Origin: Spirogloea muscicola
Lineage: Eukaryota
Assembly (NCBI GenBank): GCA_009602725.1
Contig: WELB01000013.1
Span: 1,223,959-1,276,831 of the forward strand
Reading direction: 5' to 3'
Length of the DNA: 52,873 nucleotides
Shown here in pieces: positions 16,101-29,100 of this stretch. Each line of letters starts with the position of its first letter. Position 1 is the first letter of the stretch. The notes under the pieces were generated by a model. The model was not told the origin of the DNA. It made no database searches and saw only the letters and a program-made list of their open reading frames with translations. The position numbers were made by a program, and so were the translations under genes.

Positions 16101-18800
16101 TAATCGTGACCATCCTGGGATGATTCAGGTGCACATCAAACGCTTGGCTTTGGACATGCCTGACTTGCCAAAGTGGTATGAGCTTGTTTATTCTGCTCAT
16201 TTGAGCTGATTTGCAGGGCATGGGAGGGGTAAAGTGGTAGGCTGTCATTGAATGACTACTGAAAAGTGCATGACAATTTTGGTTGCTTTTCGCAGGTGTT
16301 CCTGGGGGCCAGTGGTGGCCACGACGCAAGTGGGCAGGCCCTGCCAAGGCTGGTGTATGTTGCCAGGGAAAAGCGACCCGGCTACAACCACCACAAGAAG
16401 GCCGGCGCCATGAATGCACTCGTGAGTAGTGCATGGGCGTGCACAGTAAGCCGCAGCTGTAAATCCTGCAGATGCTTCTCATAGCATGACGAGCGTCTGG
16501 CATGCCTGTGCCGCTGCACATACATGCAATGTCGAGGACAGCAGCAGGCTTGCCTCATTGTGCTTTGTTGGTGAACTGCCACACAGGTGCGAGTATCTGC
16601 GGTGCTGACTAACGCCCCCTACATCCTCAACCTCGACTGCGACCACTACATCAACAACTCGCGTGCAGTTCGCGAGGCCATGTGCTTCATGATGGATCCA
16701 GCCCTGGGGCGGCGCGTCTGCTTTGTCCAGTTCCCGCTGCGTTACGATGGCATTGACCGCTCTGACAGATACGCCAATCACAACACGGTCTTCTTTGACG
16801 TACGCGTTCTCCTTTGTACTCGACTCCAATCCAATTGTCAACTCTGCCCACTTGAAGCCACTCAGAGTTGTCTGTGTTGCTGTTGAAGCTTTTGAGATTG
16901 CATTAGCAGTGACCTTACCTAAGCATTTGTCAGGCTGCGTACGGCTGAGCACTCTGTTGGCCCCTGCGAGCAGATCAATCTTCGGTGCCTGGATGGCATT
17001 CAGGGCCCCGTGTATGTCGGAACGGGCTGCTGCTTCCGACGGCAGGCCCTCTACGCATACAGCCCACCGCTGAAGAAGAAGAAGAAGGCCAAGCCACGGA
17101 GGAGCCTGGCCAGCTGTTGCATGAGCCTTTTCTGCTGCTGCAGAGGAAGTTCACGAAGGAGCGGCGTGGCTATGCCGCTGGATGGGAAGGGAGGCAAGGA
17201 GCCCCGGAAGCAGAAGGCAGACAAGGATCAGAACGAGCTGCCCATCTTCCAGCTTGATGACTTTGATGCAGGTACATACTTCTTCTGGTGCCTATGACAG
17301 GCAATAGCAGCTCCTGATGAGGCGCTGTCATAGAGACGACCTTTGGCTTTTGTTGTTGGTAGTGGTCGACTTGCTGAAGTCCCCTTGTATGATGCATGCA
17401 GGCGATGAGGAGGAGTTTGACAGCCTGATGGCCATCAAGCGCTTTGAACGGCGCTTTGGACAGTCACCGGTCTTCGTTCTGTCCACATTCCACGAGGATG
17501 GTGGCAATGTGACGACCAGCAATCCGAGCTCCATCCTCAAGGAGGCCATACACGTCATCTCGTGTGGGTATGAGGAGAAGACGGAGTGGGGCAAGGAGGT
17601 CGGATGGATATACGGACCTGTGACAGAGGACATTCTCACAGGCTTCAAGATGCATGTGCGCGGCTGGCGAAGCATCTACTGCATACCAGACAGGCCAGCC
17701 TTCAAGGGTTCCGCTCCCATCAATCTTGCGGACCGCCTTAACCAGGTCCTCCGGTGGTCCCTTGGTTCTGTCGAGATTTTCCTATCCAAGCACTGCCCCA
17801 TTTGGTTTGGCTGGGGCTCTCGTCGCCTCAAGCTGCTCCAAAGGGTTGCGTACATCAATACCGCCATTTACCCGTTCACCTCGCTCCCCCTGGTCACATA
17901 CTGTACGCTGCCGGCAGTGTGTCTCCTCACAGACAAATTCATCATACCCCAGATCGGGGACCTGGCATCAATCTGGTTCATAGCGCTCTTCCTTTCCATT
18001 CTCGCGACGGCCATCTTGGAGATGCGGTGGAGTGGTGTTGGCTTGGAGGAGTGGTGGAGGAACGAGCAGTTCTGGGTGATTGGGGGTGTCTCCAGCCACC
18101 TCTATGCTGTCATGCAGGTAGAGGAGCTCACCCTGTTGTGCTTACAGAAATTCATGGCCTCCCTTCTCCGTCTTGTTAAATGAGATCGCATACTGTGGCT
18201 TAGCCCTTCCATATAACACTACCTGCGTGCTAAAGCTTGTCACAGATACACTACCTGTGTCTTTATGTGAGCAGGGCCTCCTGAAGGTGCTGGGCGGCAT
18301 AGACACACACTTCACTGTCACCGCTAAGGCTGCCGAGGATAACGAGTTTGGTGAGCTCTACGCTTTCAAGTGGACGGCTCTCCTCATCCCCCCAACCACT
18401 CTCCTGATCATCAACATTGTGGGCATTGTGGCGGGTATTGCTAATGCAATCAATAATGGAGTTGGAAGCGGGACAAATGCCTGGGGCTCGCTCCTGGGAA
18501 AGCTTTTCTTTGCTTTCTGGGTCATCTTCCACTTATATCCCTTCCTCAAGGTCAGTTGCTGGCCCGCTTGGTGCTTCCAACTGCCAACCATTGCAGCTCA
18601 TCCTTTGAAATTTTTGGCCTTATATGATCGAGTTGTGGTGGTGGCAGGGACTGATGGGCAAGCACAACCGTACACCAACTATTGTCATTGTATGGGCAGT
18701 GCTCCTCGCTTCAGCCTTCTCGCTTCTCTGGATCCATATTGACCCATTCCTGCCAAAGTACGATGGTCCCAATCAGAGCCAGTGTGGCATCCGCTGTTGA
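13169..18800 (+). CDS. CESA: Plant-type cellulose synthase catalytic subunit (GT2)
   Basis: N-terminal RING zinc finger (CKICGD...[23 protein letters not shown]), [18 protein letters not shown] region, [14 protein letters not shown], Lys/Cys-rich CSR, TED, QVLRW, FTVTAK and C-terminal QCGIRC*. ATG at 13169 is inferred; TGA at 18798-18800. Confidence 0.96.
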
Positions 18801-19387
18801 GCTCTTAAGGAGCTCTAAGCCTAGGATATTTCTGCATTGTCCCATATCCAGCTTCTACTAGCAACAGGCATGTCAGCCCAAGAGGCATAGGCCAATCAAG
18901 AGTGTCAGGTGACACATCGCATGCAAGCCAAGAGCCAGGGTAACAGACTAAGTCTGCCTTGGGGAGAAATGCCCAGGTCCTGTCGGGCCAATGTACTACT
19001 GTTGAACTCCACACTGAACAGCTTGATTCACTTATTATTCATCAGCAAGTGGAGCTCCCGCTCGCCTTGTGCATATTCACTTCCAATGCTCCAGTGCAGG
19101 CTTGTTTGCTGAAGAACCAGTGTGTTTGCCAGGTGACTGCTTGTCTGTCAAGACCGAAAAGTTTGATGCAGTACTCGAAAGAAGCTGTGCGGGCGAGGCT
19201 TTCATACAAGAATACCTCCGTTTGCTGAGTAATTTTACAGGCAATAGTTGCATCAATTATTGTCATGCTTGGCAAGGGCTTTGTAGACTGCCATCTACAC
19301 AAAATGGTGACTTCGGCAGATGATTGAATGAGAATGTACAATGCAACCGACAATAGCTGGCCACACTCGCAGCCACCTGCCGTCTTG

Positions 19388-22300
19388 CTAGCTTGCTTCT
19401 CCTGGACCGTCTTTGTCAGCCCCTTGGTCATTTTCTCTGTCATTGCCCCGATCTGCAATGCTGTCTAGAAGGGTCTCGACATCTTCTCCCAGTTCCTCAA
19501 GCCTCGCTCGCAACTTCTCCACCTGCTCATTGTCAAGCATGACAAGGATGTCAATTGCACTGTCAGTCAGGGAGGCATCAAAAGCAGGGCATGAGAGCTG
19601 GTGATCTTGTGCTCGGTGCTGCTCAAGCGAAATCATGCTCCTCACCTTGCTCTCCTCCTGGCCGAGGCAGACGAGGAGATCATTGAGCTCGGCCTCACTT
19701 TCAGCTCGGGCCTCTTCTCGTGCCGCTTCCAGATCCCCTTGCGACGGTGATTGACTGGCTGAAATTTGGTCCTTCAACTCACTTTCTAGCCGGAAGTTGT
19801 GCTGCTCCAGAGTATTGTAAGCATCTGACAGACCCTGCGCAACGGCAACAGCAATTGCTGATCAAGCGGCAGCCTCATTTGCAGATGTAGTACCTGCATC
19901 TGCATGTCGAGGATATTATCATGCATGATGGAAGCGCATGTGCAGACTCATGTGACCAGGCTCTTGTTACCTGCAAATCGGCCTCGTGCTTGAGCGCCAG
20001 TTGACGAAACTTTTCAACCTCAGTCTGCAGTATCAATTGTTCCTCCCTGGCCGCCTGCAATGCTTGCTCAGTAGAAACCGAACTAGGTCACAGCATGCAC
20101 CACTGCAAACAGGTGACATCTCACAGGCCCACTCCACCTGGTCTTCTGAAGTAAGTGAACGAATCAAAGAGGTCCTCAATTTACCTGGGCAGCCTGATCA
20201 GCTGCAGAAAGTTGTTGCCTCAGTGCCTCTGCCTCAGCATGAGCTGCAGACAATTCTGAGTTGTGCAGTAGCCCCCTTCTCAGGCTCCGCTCATCCTCAC
20301 TGGCCCCTCCTTCATGCTCTTTGTCTTCCCCACGGGAGCCAACGAGCAGATTCTCTGCCAGTGCAGCATTCCTATCTCGCAGGTCCTACATGCGCACGCC
20401 AGGTTACACTAACACTTCAGCAAGTGTTGAGTATTTTCTTCTTCTTCTGCACGTGTACGTGATGCAGATGTTAACCTCCATCCTGACCAGATTATCGGGT
20501 GGTGAGAGACCTGCAGCTCGTGAGCTTGTTTCTGAAGCAGTGACTTGAGCCGAAGTGCATAGGCCTCCTGCATTTCGCCATCCTTCAAGCTGAGCTCGAC
20601 CGGATCGCCATGTGCATTCCCACCGCGTGGCCGAGCAAAGAGCTCTACCATCCTTGCCCTGACCTTCTCCTCAAGCTCTGTGATTAGCTGGATGAACTCT
20701 GCGTCGTAGAAGGTTGTAACCAGAGGCTCAACATCGGCTGAGGTGACATGTGAGGCCCGCTGATCCCCAGCCGCAGCGGCTGCAGCGGTGGCCCGCGTGA
20801 GTGGCTGAGGCAACTGTGGACCCGAGGAAGCTGAGGAGAAGAGCGAGGAGTCCCTCATGTCCTGCCACCTTCCAAAGTAGGTGGACAGGCCAACTCTCTG
20901 ATTGATGATGTCGACTACAGTGGCAGCATCAGTGGCTCCAACAGCGTCACTCTCATTGAAGATCAGGCAGGTGCCAATGAGGACTGCTGCCAAGCCTGCA
21001 ACGTGTATGCTTGCCTGGCTCCCGCTACTACCTGGAATAAACCAGCACACCACATTGGATGGGAGGCGCGAGTATAAGCGGTTGCCAGGAGAGTCATTTG
21101 TGTGAAACAGCATAGAAAGCACGGCATGGTATGACCATGGAGACTTGAGAACCCTTGCGCAGGTTAGCGCTTGTACCTGTTAGCTCTACCAAGTAAGGCA
21201 AGTGCTGGGGTTGCCCAAGAAATGTGGATACAGCACGTGGGCAGTCAGCCAGCCAGATTGTCAGGAGCCGGAGCAAGACCGGCTGGAGCCACGCATCACC
21301 GCCACCTGGTGAGACAGCAGCCAGGTGGCGCATGATCTGTGGCAGCAACATCTCGGGTTGTGCAAGCCTTGACGAGGGGACCTCCAATGGTATGCTTAAT
21401 ACCTGCACTTTTAAATTGACATGAGTTGTTACCATCAAATCATCAGGCAGGAGAAGAGGAAGATGCCAGAGAATGCCTGTACAGTACTTTAAAAGCAACT
21501 TCAGTCATCAGCATGACTTGGTGCTGGATACTTGTCTGACGTTGACAGTATCCAATCTGCTGATGAGGCTCTCAACGTCATCAACCGCAGTCATGCTTAG
21601 TCTCTGCATGTTCGAGGTCATGGCCCAGGAGGGTTCCATGTAGCATGCTACTGCTTGAGCCCTGTGATCTAGGCATCATTGTGAATCTATGCAAATACTG
21701 CTGCAAGTGGTCTATGCGGATACAGGTTGGTGGGCTAGTCATGGGTGAGCTCACCCGTTCTTTACAGTCCTTGTTGCCTGAAAGAATGTGAGAGAGAATT
21801 GCTGCAGCTCGGCAGCCCACCTGACAACAGCCCCCTCGAAAGTGCATAAGCTATGGAGGCAAGCTTCGACGTGAAGACGACAATATTGAAGGCTTTATCG
21901 TATCTGCTCAATAAATGTCAAGGGCCGCACCACAAGGTCAATACGTCCATCAGAACCTCTCAGTGCCTGCAAGAGGAGACTGCACAACAACAGCAGACGA
22001 CACGTTCAGTAGCAACATCCACTGCATCATACTAGGCTTGTGCCATGTGAAGAGAACAAAGACTTGTGATGACTTTACACAAATTGCAACTTTGAGCTGT
22101 GACAGCAGGCTTTGTCTGCTCAGTAATACCTGCCAAATGACGCCGGCGGTACATCTGTCTTTGTGTCAGTGGAGTAGGTCGGAGCAGATGAAGGAGGCCT
22201 TAGTGGAAGAGGTGTAAGTGTGCTGGCAAGCATGCTCTGACCCTCAGGGTTGTCCTGTTTATGTACAACAACAGCATAGAGAAATGAGGACGGACTCTCT

Positions 22301-25300
22301 ATACAATGTCAGCATGCAAGTCATGTAATATGACGGTGGCAGACCTATGCCTCGGCAGCATACGGTTCCTTTTATAGCACACTTGCCAAAAAAGCATGGT
22401 AGCACCTGGCAGAAGCACTTTATCAAATGCTCGGCTGCTGCAGCTTCTTGCGAATCCTGAGCCTGGAGGGCAACTGTCAGGACTCTCTGAAGTGCTGCTT
22501 CCTGGTGGGGCTCTTCTCCGACCACTGCGCTGCCCAAGATGTCCCGGTTGGCCGTATGATGCATGACAAGGTCCCCAATGTCTCTTAATGCCTAAAACAG
22601 GGCCACATGTAAAGCCAGTAAGTAGTGCCTTTATATCTTGTGTGCGTCATGCATCCCGATATATGTCAAGTCCTCAAGTCGAGCTCACCAGCACAGTATC
22701 AGAAGCCAAGAGACCTTGCCTGTGAGCGGACAGCAAGAGAGACTACACCCTCCTCCACAGCAATCGCGAGAAGTACTTCCAGCAGTTTGTTCTGCGACAG
22801 AGTAGACAATCTTGATCAACTAGCAGCGCAAACAACTCGTAGATACAAGAGCTTGAAGGGATAGCAGCGCGAACAACGCGTAGATACAAGAGCTTGCTTT
22901 GAATCCACAAAGAAGCAGTATACTCACACTGAGGCAAACACAATGTCCCAAATCCATATGATAGTGAGCTGAAATTATACCTGAACAAGCAATGTCTGGT
23001 TGGCACCGACATTGGTATCTTTGCCACGCTCCACGGAGGTGGATGGGGCTAGAAGCAGCGCCACTGTCTCAAGTCCACACAGCAGGTTTGCAGCCTGTAA
23101 CAGAGTTACATCCTTAGTTGTTCAATTGCAATACAGCGAGACTACTGTGAGAGTACTGAATGCACAGCACTGCTCATCAACCTGTACCAGACTTTGTCTA
23201 GTGCACTGTCTTCATTTCGTGGACCCACTGACACAGGGTTGTCAAGAGTGCACCTTCTGTCTGGAGACGGCCTTCCCAGAACCTTTGCGAAGCTTCAACA
23301 GCGCTGGTATGTGGTGCAGTCCAATGGTTTCTCTCAGGTATACCTTCAGCAATTCGTCGTTCAAGTAGTCTTGAGGTTACGAAGAGCTGAAATAGCATCA
23401 CTTAAGCAGACACTAGTGGCAGCAGGGCTGCTGAGCACCTCTTTACTCTCTTTTTTGGTCTGCTACCTCACCTGATTGGAGGAGTTACCTCGAACAAGGT
23501 TGTTCAGCAGTTCTATAGAGTCCTGCAATGAAAGCAACACGGCAACCCGGCAACCTTGATACCACAAGTCCACGCTGGAGTCGACTTGACATTCCTGTGC
23601 AATTTGAAACCACCAGAGCAGGCCAGACAACAGCTATGCAATGTGAGCAAACACCTGCCTGCACAATGATGCCGCCATCTGCTGAGCCTTCCTCTCTCAT
23701 TATGTTGAAGAGCCGATCAAAAGCCCCCTCGAAGACAACAATCTTCTGAATCTCCTGCTTACCAACGCAAAGGCAGGCACACGCTGTAAGACCCCAATAT
23801 CCATATGTACTCTCATGCTACTGGCATCCCGCTGGTGGAATGTCACAATCGCCTGTGGTCGTGGCCGCAGCCGCTTGAAGAGCAAGAACAGGGATCGGAT
23901 GAGAGGATGCCAGCTGACCTCGGCTGAACGCGTGAGATTGATGAGAAGCAGCAGGGTCTCATTCCGAATAACCTGCAAGTAGGTTGCATGGTCAACTCAT
24001 GTGGGATGCCTGGGCACGTGCATGATTACCGGCAAACGAAGTATGTAAGAACAATTGACAGCCGTCTATAGGCAAGAGCCCACCTCACGCTCCAGCATCA
24101 TGTCCATGAGCCTTGTGACGCCTTGGGGAGTAGCCAAGATTGCTTCCTGCACACTGGGGCAGCCACACTGAATTTGGATGCACGAAGCAGACTGCTGCAA
24201 AGACATTCTTGACCTCTTGGCTTAGTCGACTTACCTGTACTGCTGGTAGCCATTGTCATCATCGAATTTACTATAGCAAGTGCAAAGGGCAGGCTGTGCA
24301 TAATATACCGGCCTGGGCAGCTGCTAAGGAGGAGCGTCAGCAGCTGCACTGTGTGGTACCGTACGTAAAAGTCCTCCTCCTCCTGAGCAACCCCCGATGC
24401 ATGATGCCCTGCTCAGCCACCATCACGCCATGCCAAGGGCAAATACAAGGTGGCCTTCGTGCACGTCATCCACTCAAAGCGGTTGCAGAGTGGGGTTCGT
24501 GCCAGGAGGCTGAGAAGGAGTGCGATGCTGTGCGGCTCGCGCGAGAAGAGCTCGCAGTTGAGCTTCCCCGGCTGCAACTGCTCCTCCTTGCTGAGCCCAG
24601 GCACCACCTGCAGACCATTGATGAGCGCCTCCAAGGCTCCCCGCACCTACACACGAACCGGCAACAGGCACTGAATCTGCGGATGTGGTCAGGCAGTAAG
24701 TCAGACAACTATCGCCACCCTGCAGCATATGACCGAGCGCAGTTCCTCATATTGTCCTTCTTCTCAGCAGCTCGTTGCAGTCAGAGATTGGAACGAAACA
24801 CACGGGCGTTTCTGACAGCAGTAATCACTGGAATTGCAGCCCGATCGCTCGACCGTCCAGAGAAGGGGCTAGCTATATTCAAGGGCAATGGAGCAAGCTC
24901 TGGCCAGTGTGCAGGACTACCGATGTGCGTGCACACTGCGGACGGGGCTGCGCGAAGCACTGGCTAGGGTGCAGCAGAGACAGGGCAAGGCCAGAGCGGC
25001 TGGCCCCAGCTTTGGGCCGAAGTTGGAGCCAGCTGCACAAACCATCTCAATGTCGTCCCTCTCATCCTTGAGCACATCACTGAGGACAGGGAAGCCTGCA
25101 TTGCCCGTCGTGCATGAATCAGTTCCTCGAGCGAGGGACGAGTTGGATATGTCGTGCATGTGTCTCCGGCTTTTGCTGGGCGGTGGATCGTGCAAGTACG
25201 GTGCTGCAGAGGCCAACGGCGTGCAGCGAGCCCATGGCCACAGGGCCCGAGCTGGTGACCGCGCCGTGGGGGCGCGAGGCCGGGGCGAGGCGGGCCATGC

Positions 25301-25792
25301 AAGGCCCTCACCCATGGTCCCGAATGCCAGCTGCGCAGCGCGGCTGTCGCCGAGTACGTTGCGGAGCTCGGCCATGGCCGAGCGGCGGTCCTCGGCCAGC
25401 ACGCCGTCGCTGATGCGCTCCAGCAGGCGTTCCACGCGCCTGCGCCACGCCGCCGAGCGCGCGCGCGCGGGCGTGAGGAAGCCCAGGCAGCCGGCGCAGC
25501 GGCCTCACGCTGCCGAGCGAGGCTCTTGCAGGCTGCGGCAGCGGAGCCGGCACTAGCCATGGCGGCGGCGGGGGACCGCCGCACCCGTCGTCCTCGTCTG
25601 CCGCCTCGCCGCTGCCGAAGACGAGGCCGCCGACGCCCTGCGGCCGCCGGCACGGCAGCGGAGCGCCGCAGGCGGTGACAATGGGCTAGTTACGCAGAGC
25701 CTGCCAATGCGCAGGCGGCGGCGTCTGAGAGCTGCAGCCGCGGCGCCCTGCCGGACCTGCGCGACCTTGTTGAGGTTGAGCTTGAAAGCCAT
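19388..25792 (-). CDS. GC6: Golgin candidate 6 / p115 / Uso1 vesicle tether
   Basis: MAFKLNLNKVAQ|GVGGLVFG, VERLLERISDGVLAEDRRSAM, EEEDFYVRYHTVQLLTLLL, PQGVTRLMDMMLERE|VIRNETLLLLINLT, EIQKIVVFEGAFDRLFNIMREEG..DGGIIVQ|D and C-terminal ELNDLLVCLGQEESKVEKLRARLEELGEDV. Confidence 0.92.
22821..22896. repeat. 41-bp-period tandem duplication within a GC6 intron
   Basis: tagcagcgc(a/g)aacaac(t/g)cgtagatacaagagcttg occurs twice. Confidence 0.9.
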
Positions 25793-25798
25793 TGCCGC

Positions 25799-25832
<34 letters not shown>

Positions 25833-26149
25833 TGCGACGCAGCCGGAGGCCCGGCTGGCCGGAAGGCTCAGGGTTAGGTCGTGCTTAGGGTGTCAGATAG
25901 ACCTCAGGGCAAAGCCGTCCCCCTCCGCAAACCCCGCCGNGCGCGTAGCCGCACGCCCCGGCGGGGTGAGCGGACTCGCCCCTCTCTCGCCGAGGCCTGC
26001 TGCCTGCGCCGCCGCCGCCGCCGCCGGACTTGCAGCCGCCCCCTCCGTCAGGGCGGGGCATCCTGTGCCGCTGACACGCTTGTCTGGTGCCGCTCGTTCG
26101 CTCGCCGCGGGGACGCGCAGTGGAGGAGGCCACAGAGAGCGAGGCGAGC
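25793..26149. promoter_or_regulatory. Short bidirectional promoter/5'UTR region between GC6 and the ZFC3H1-like gene, with a (GCG)n microsatellite at about 25800-25832
   Basis: Head-to-head ATGs at 25792 (-) and 26150 (+, inferred), 357 bp apart. Confidence 0.6.
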
Positions 26150-29100
26150 ATGTCCGCTGCAGCACCGCCCAGCAAGGTGCGAGGGCCGCCGCCGCCGCCG
26201 GATGCGGATGTGGCAGTCGGTCAGGCTTGTATGCAAGCCGCCATTGATGTGTCGAGCAGGTCCGTCGTCGTCATCGCCGGCAGTTGCTGTTAACCTGCAG
26301 GTCGCGGCGTCCAAAACCCCGGTCCGCCGTGGCCAGAGACGGCAGCCGTCGCCGACGGCGCGCGCCGCGGCGCAGAAGCAAGCGCCCCTGCCGACAGCCG
26401 CTGCGGGCAAGGCCATCGCGTCGTCGGGCGTGCCGCTGTCGTCGTCCGCTCGGCTGGGCGGAGGCATGCCCCCCGCGGAGGCTGGCTCACAGCGCCCTGG
26501 CCCAGGCCAACAGCCGGCGAAAGCGGCAGGCAAGCCAGAACCGCCGGCAGTCGCCAACAACCTCATCATCCGCTTCTCTGAAAGCGACAACGACGAGCTG
26601 TCAGAGGGCGCCGGCGAAGATGGCGACGCCGCCCGTGAGAGGCGCAGCCACAAGGCCTTGGCTGGCGTTGCTCAGAAGCATGCCATGGGGCCCGCTGCAA
26701 CCCGGCAGTACAGCAGCAAGGTGGCCGCGGAGCTCGAAGACATACGGCAGCAGCTGGCGGCGGCGACCATGGCGATGCAGCAGAAGAAGCAGTGGCTAGC
26801 CGCCCGAGGGGCGGACCAACGCCCAGTAGCTGCCGTGCAGAGTGCGCCTGCGCTGGCGGCCAAGGCGCCGGCTGACAGCCAAGCACCGGCCAGGAAGACA
26901 CCACTTCGCAGCCAAGTTGCTGGTGGGGCTCTGGATGTAGGGCGAGCCAAGCAGGGGAGGCAGGCCCCCGTTCTTGCAAGCAGTGCCACGCCATCGCCTG
27001 GCGGCGGCGCTGCCCCGCCTGGCAGTGCATTGTCGAGGCCTCCTTCCCCGCTGCTTTTAGCCGGCCCGGCTGTTGACGCCAGCTATGCCACGCAGCTGCC
27101 GGACCAGGTCATGGCCCTGCAGCAGCGCTTGAGCAGAGGCGGTCCGCCCGCTGCAGCGTCAGGTGCGACCTTTGCCGTGCCAAACCCTGCCAAGGTGGGC
27201 GATAGGGCTGCTGCTGTCTCATCCTCCGCTCTGGCGCAAGGACGCATGGCGGCGCGGCTCTCTCGGCCCACTCCTGGTGTCCACGTGCTCTCACCAAGCG
27301 AAGGCCGGCGAAAGAAGCGCCGGCGCTCAATTGCTGCTAGCGTGGAGGAAGCCACAGCGGCGGCTGATAGGACACAAGGAGGGGCCAACGAGCCCAAGGT
27401 TGTGCTCGAGGACGCCCCCGCGGGGACCGCAGATGGCGTTGCTGCGGGAGCTCCCAGAGCTGCACTCGGCGAAAGCCAGGCACGTGAGCCGGCCTTGGCT
27501 GACCAGACAGAGAGCCAAGGACCCGCCTCCTTGCGAAAACACGAAACAGACGAGCTTCAACAGCCTGTTGCTAGCCAGCAAGCAGGCAACCACAATCCTC
27601 CTGTGGGCCTGCCGATCATGGAGAACATGTCATTGGAGGAGCCTCATTTGGTTGCCGCTGGCAGTGACCAAGTTGGCCAGCAGGGGAGCGGCACCCGAGC
27701 ATCGCCAGGCCCGTGGGAGGTTGTTGCCGGTGAGCAAGCTGGCGGCAGACTGTCGACACTGCGGCAGCTGCAGCAGGAGGAGGAGTTGGTTGATGTGCAC
27801 CTGGAGGAGGCACGGCAGTCTCGCCGCCGCTGCGAGCTGCAAGAGCGGGTGGCGCGACGGGCCTCCGTGAAGCGCAGGAGTCTCTCCAGCAGGCAGAGCG
27901 GCTCTGCGTACAGCTTCGGGAGCAGCGCGAGCTGCTGGCAAGCCAGATCCATCGTGCCAAGGCTCAGCAGGTTGTCGGGGCCGGACCCCTGCTTGATGCA
28001 CCACTGCTTCTAACAGAAGGGGACGGAAGTCAGCATATGATTGCTGTGCCGATCGCGCCAGAGGCTCCGAGAGCAAGAGTCAATATGGCTCGCTTGACGA
28101 GCGTGCCGCTGTCCCCTTCCAAGTGCGCACCTGCAGCAGCAGCTTCCCGTATCGGAAGGACGCTCAGTCGGGGTCAGAGCCAGCTACCCCAGGTCCGTGC
28201 AGGGGAGCGATCAGGTGAGGGCTGTAATCACAAGCACTGGGTTAAGCTTGAGCTACCAAGGCATCTCCTCAGCGTAGGTAAGGACGAGTGGTCTCCCTGA
28301 AGGATGTGTTCACTTCACATGACCTTTGCAGAAGGTGACCAGGATGTGAGTGCTGCGGAAGGAACTGGCAACGAGGAGTATGGGGAGAGAAAGGTGGGCC
28401 TGTGTGCTACGCTGTGAGATACATGTGACTGATGTCGCAGGAGAATGTTGGCGTGAAGTAAGTGTCAGATGGATTTGCTGCTTAACACAGTCAAGTGGTG
28501 TTGCTGTCCTGCTTTGGCCAGCTTGAGGAGGTGGATTTGGATATATACTCTTTCAACTAATGTGGTAGGTCCAATTGTGTGATCCGTGTAAGTCTAGCAG
28601 GCGGCGACCAGTCAACCTCCGGAGGAAATTGGTGACGAGTTTGCTGGCGCAAGAGGACTTGATGGCAGCCAAGGGATGCCAGCTGCCGGCAATGGTGTCA
28701 ACGGAGCCCGCAGTCAGCAGCAGACTGCTGAGCTGCGGAACACGCCGCTGTTGGTGGAGCCACAGGGCAGCGCCAATACTGAAGAAGCTCCTGGGTCCTT
28801 GCGTCACCAGGCAAATGAAATACATGCAAAGCACCTGCCACAGGATGCCGTACCTCCTTGGCTGAGCAGCGAAGATGGAGGAGTGCAGGCTCCAGAGCTC
28901 AAGGCTGTCCCTGCAACCAGCAGCCGTGAGCCTCCAATTGGAGGCGTCAAGGAACAGACAAAACGTCGCCGACAAGAGAGGGAATTGGATGTTGGCAGCA
29001 GTGTTGGTAGATCGCAGCTGCTTGTCTTGGCTGTCAAGAAGGCAAGGCAAGCCGCTTCTGTAAGTCCCATCTATCAGGCTTTGAAGCGCAGACAGATGGG

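Noticed and set aside
25868..25892. Telomere/telo-box-like AGGGTTAGG and TTAGGGT
   Set aside because: There is no full AAACCCTA match and no array.
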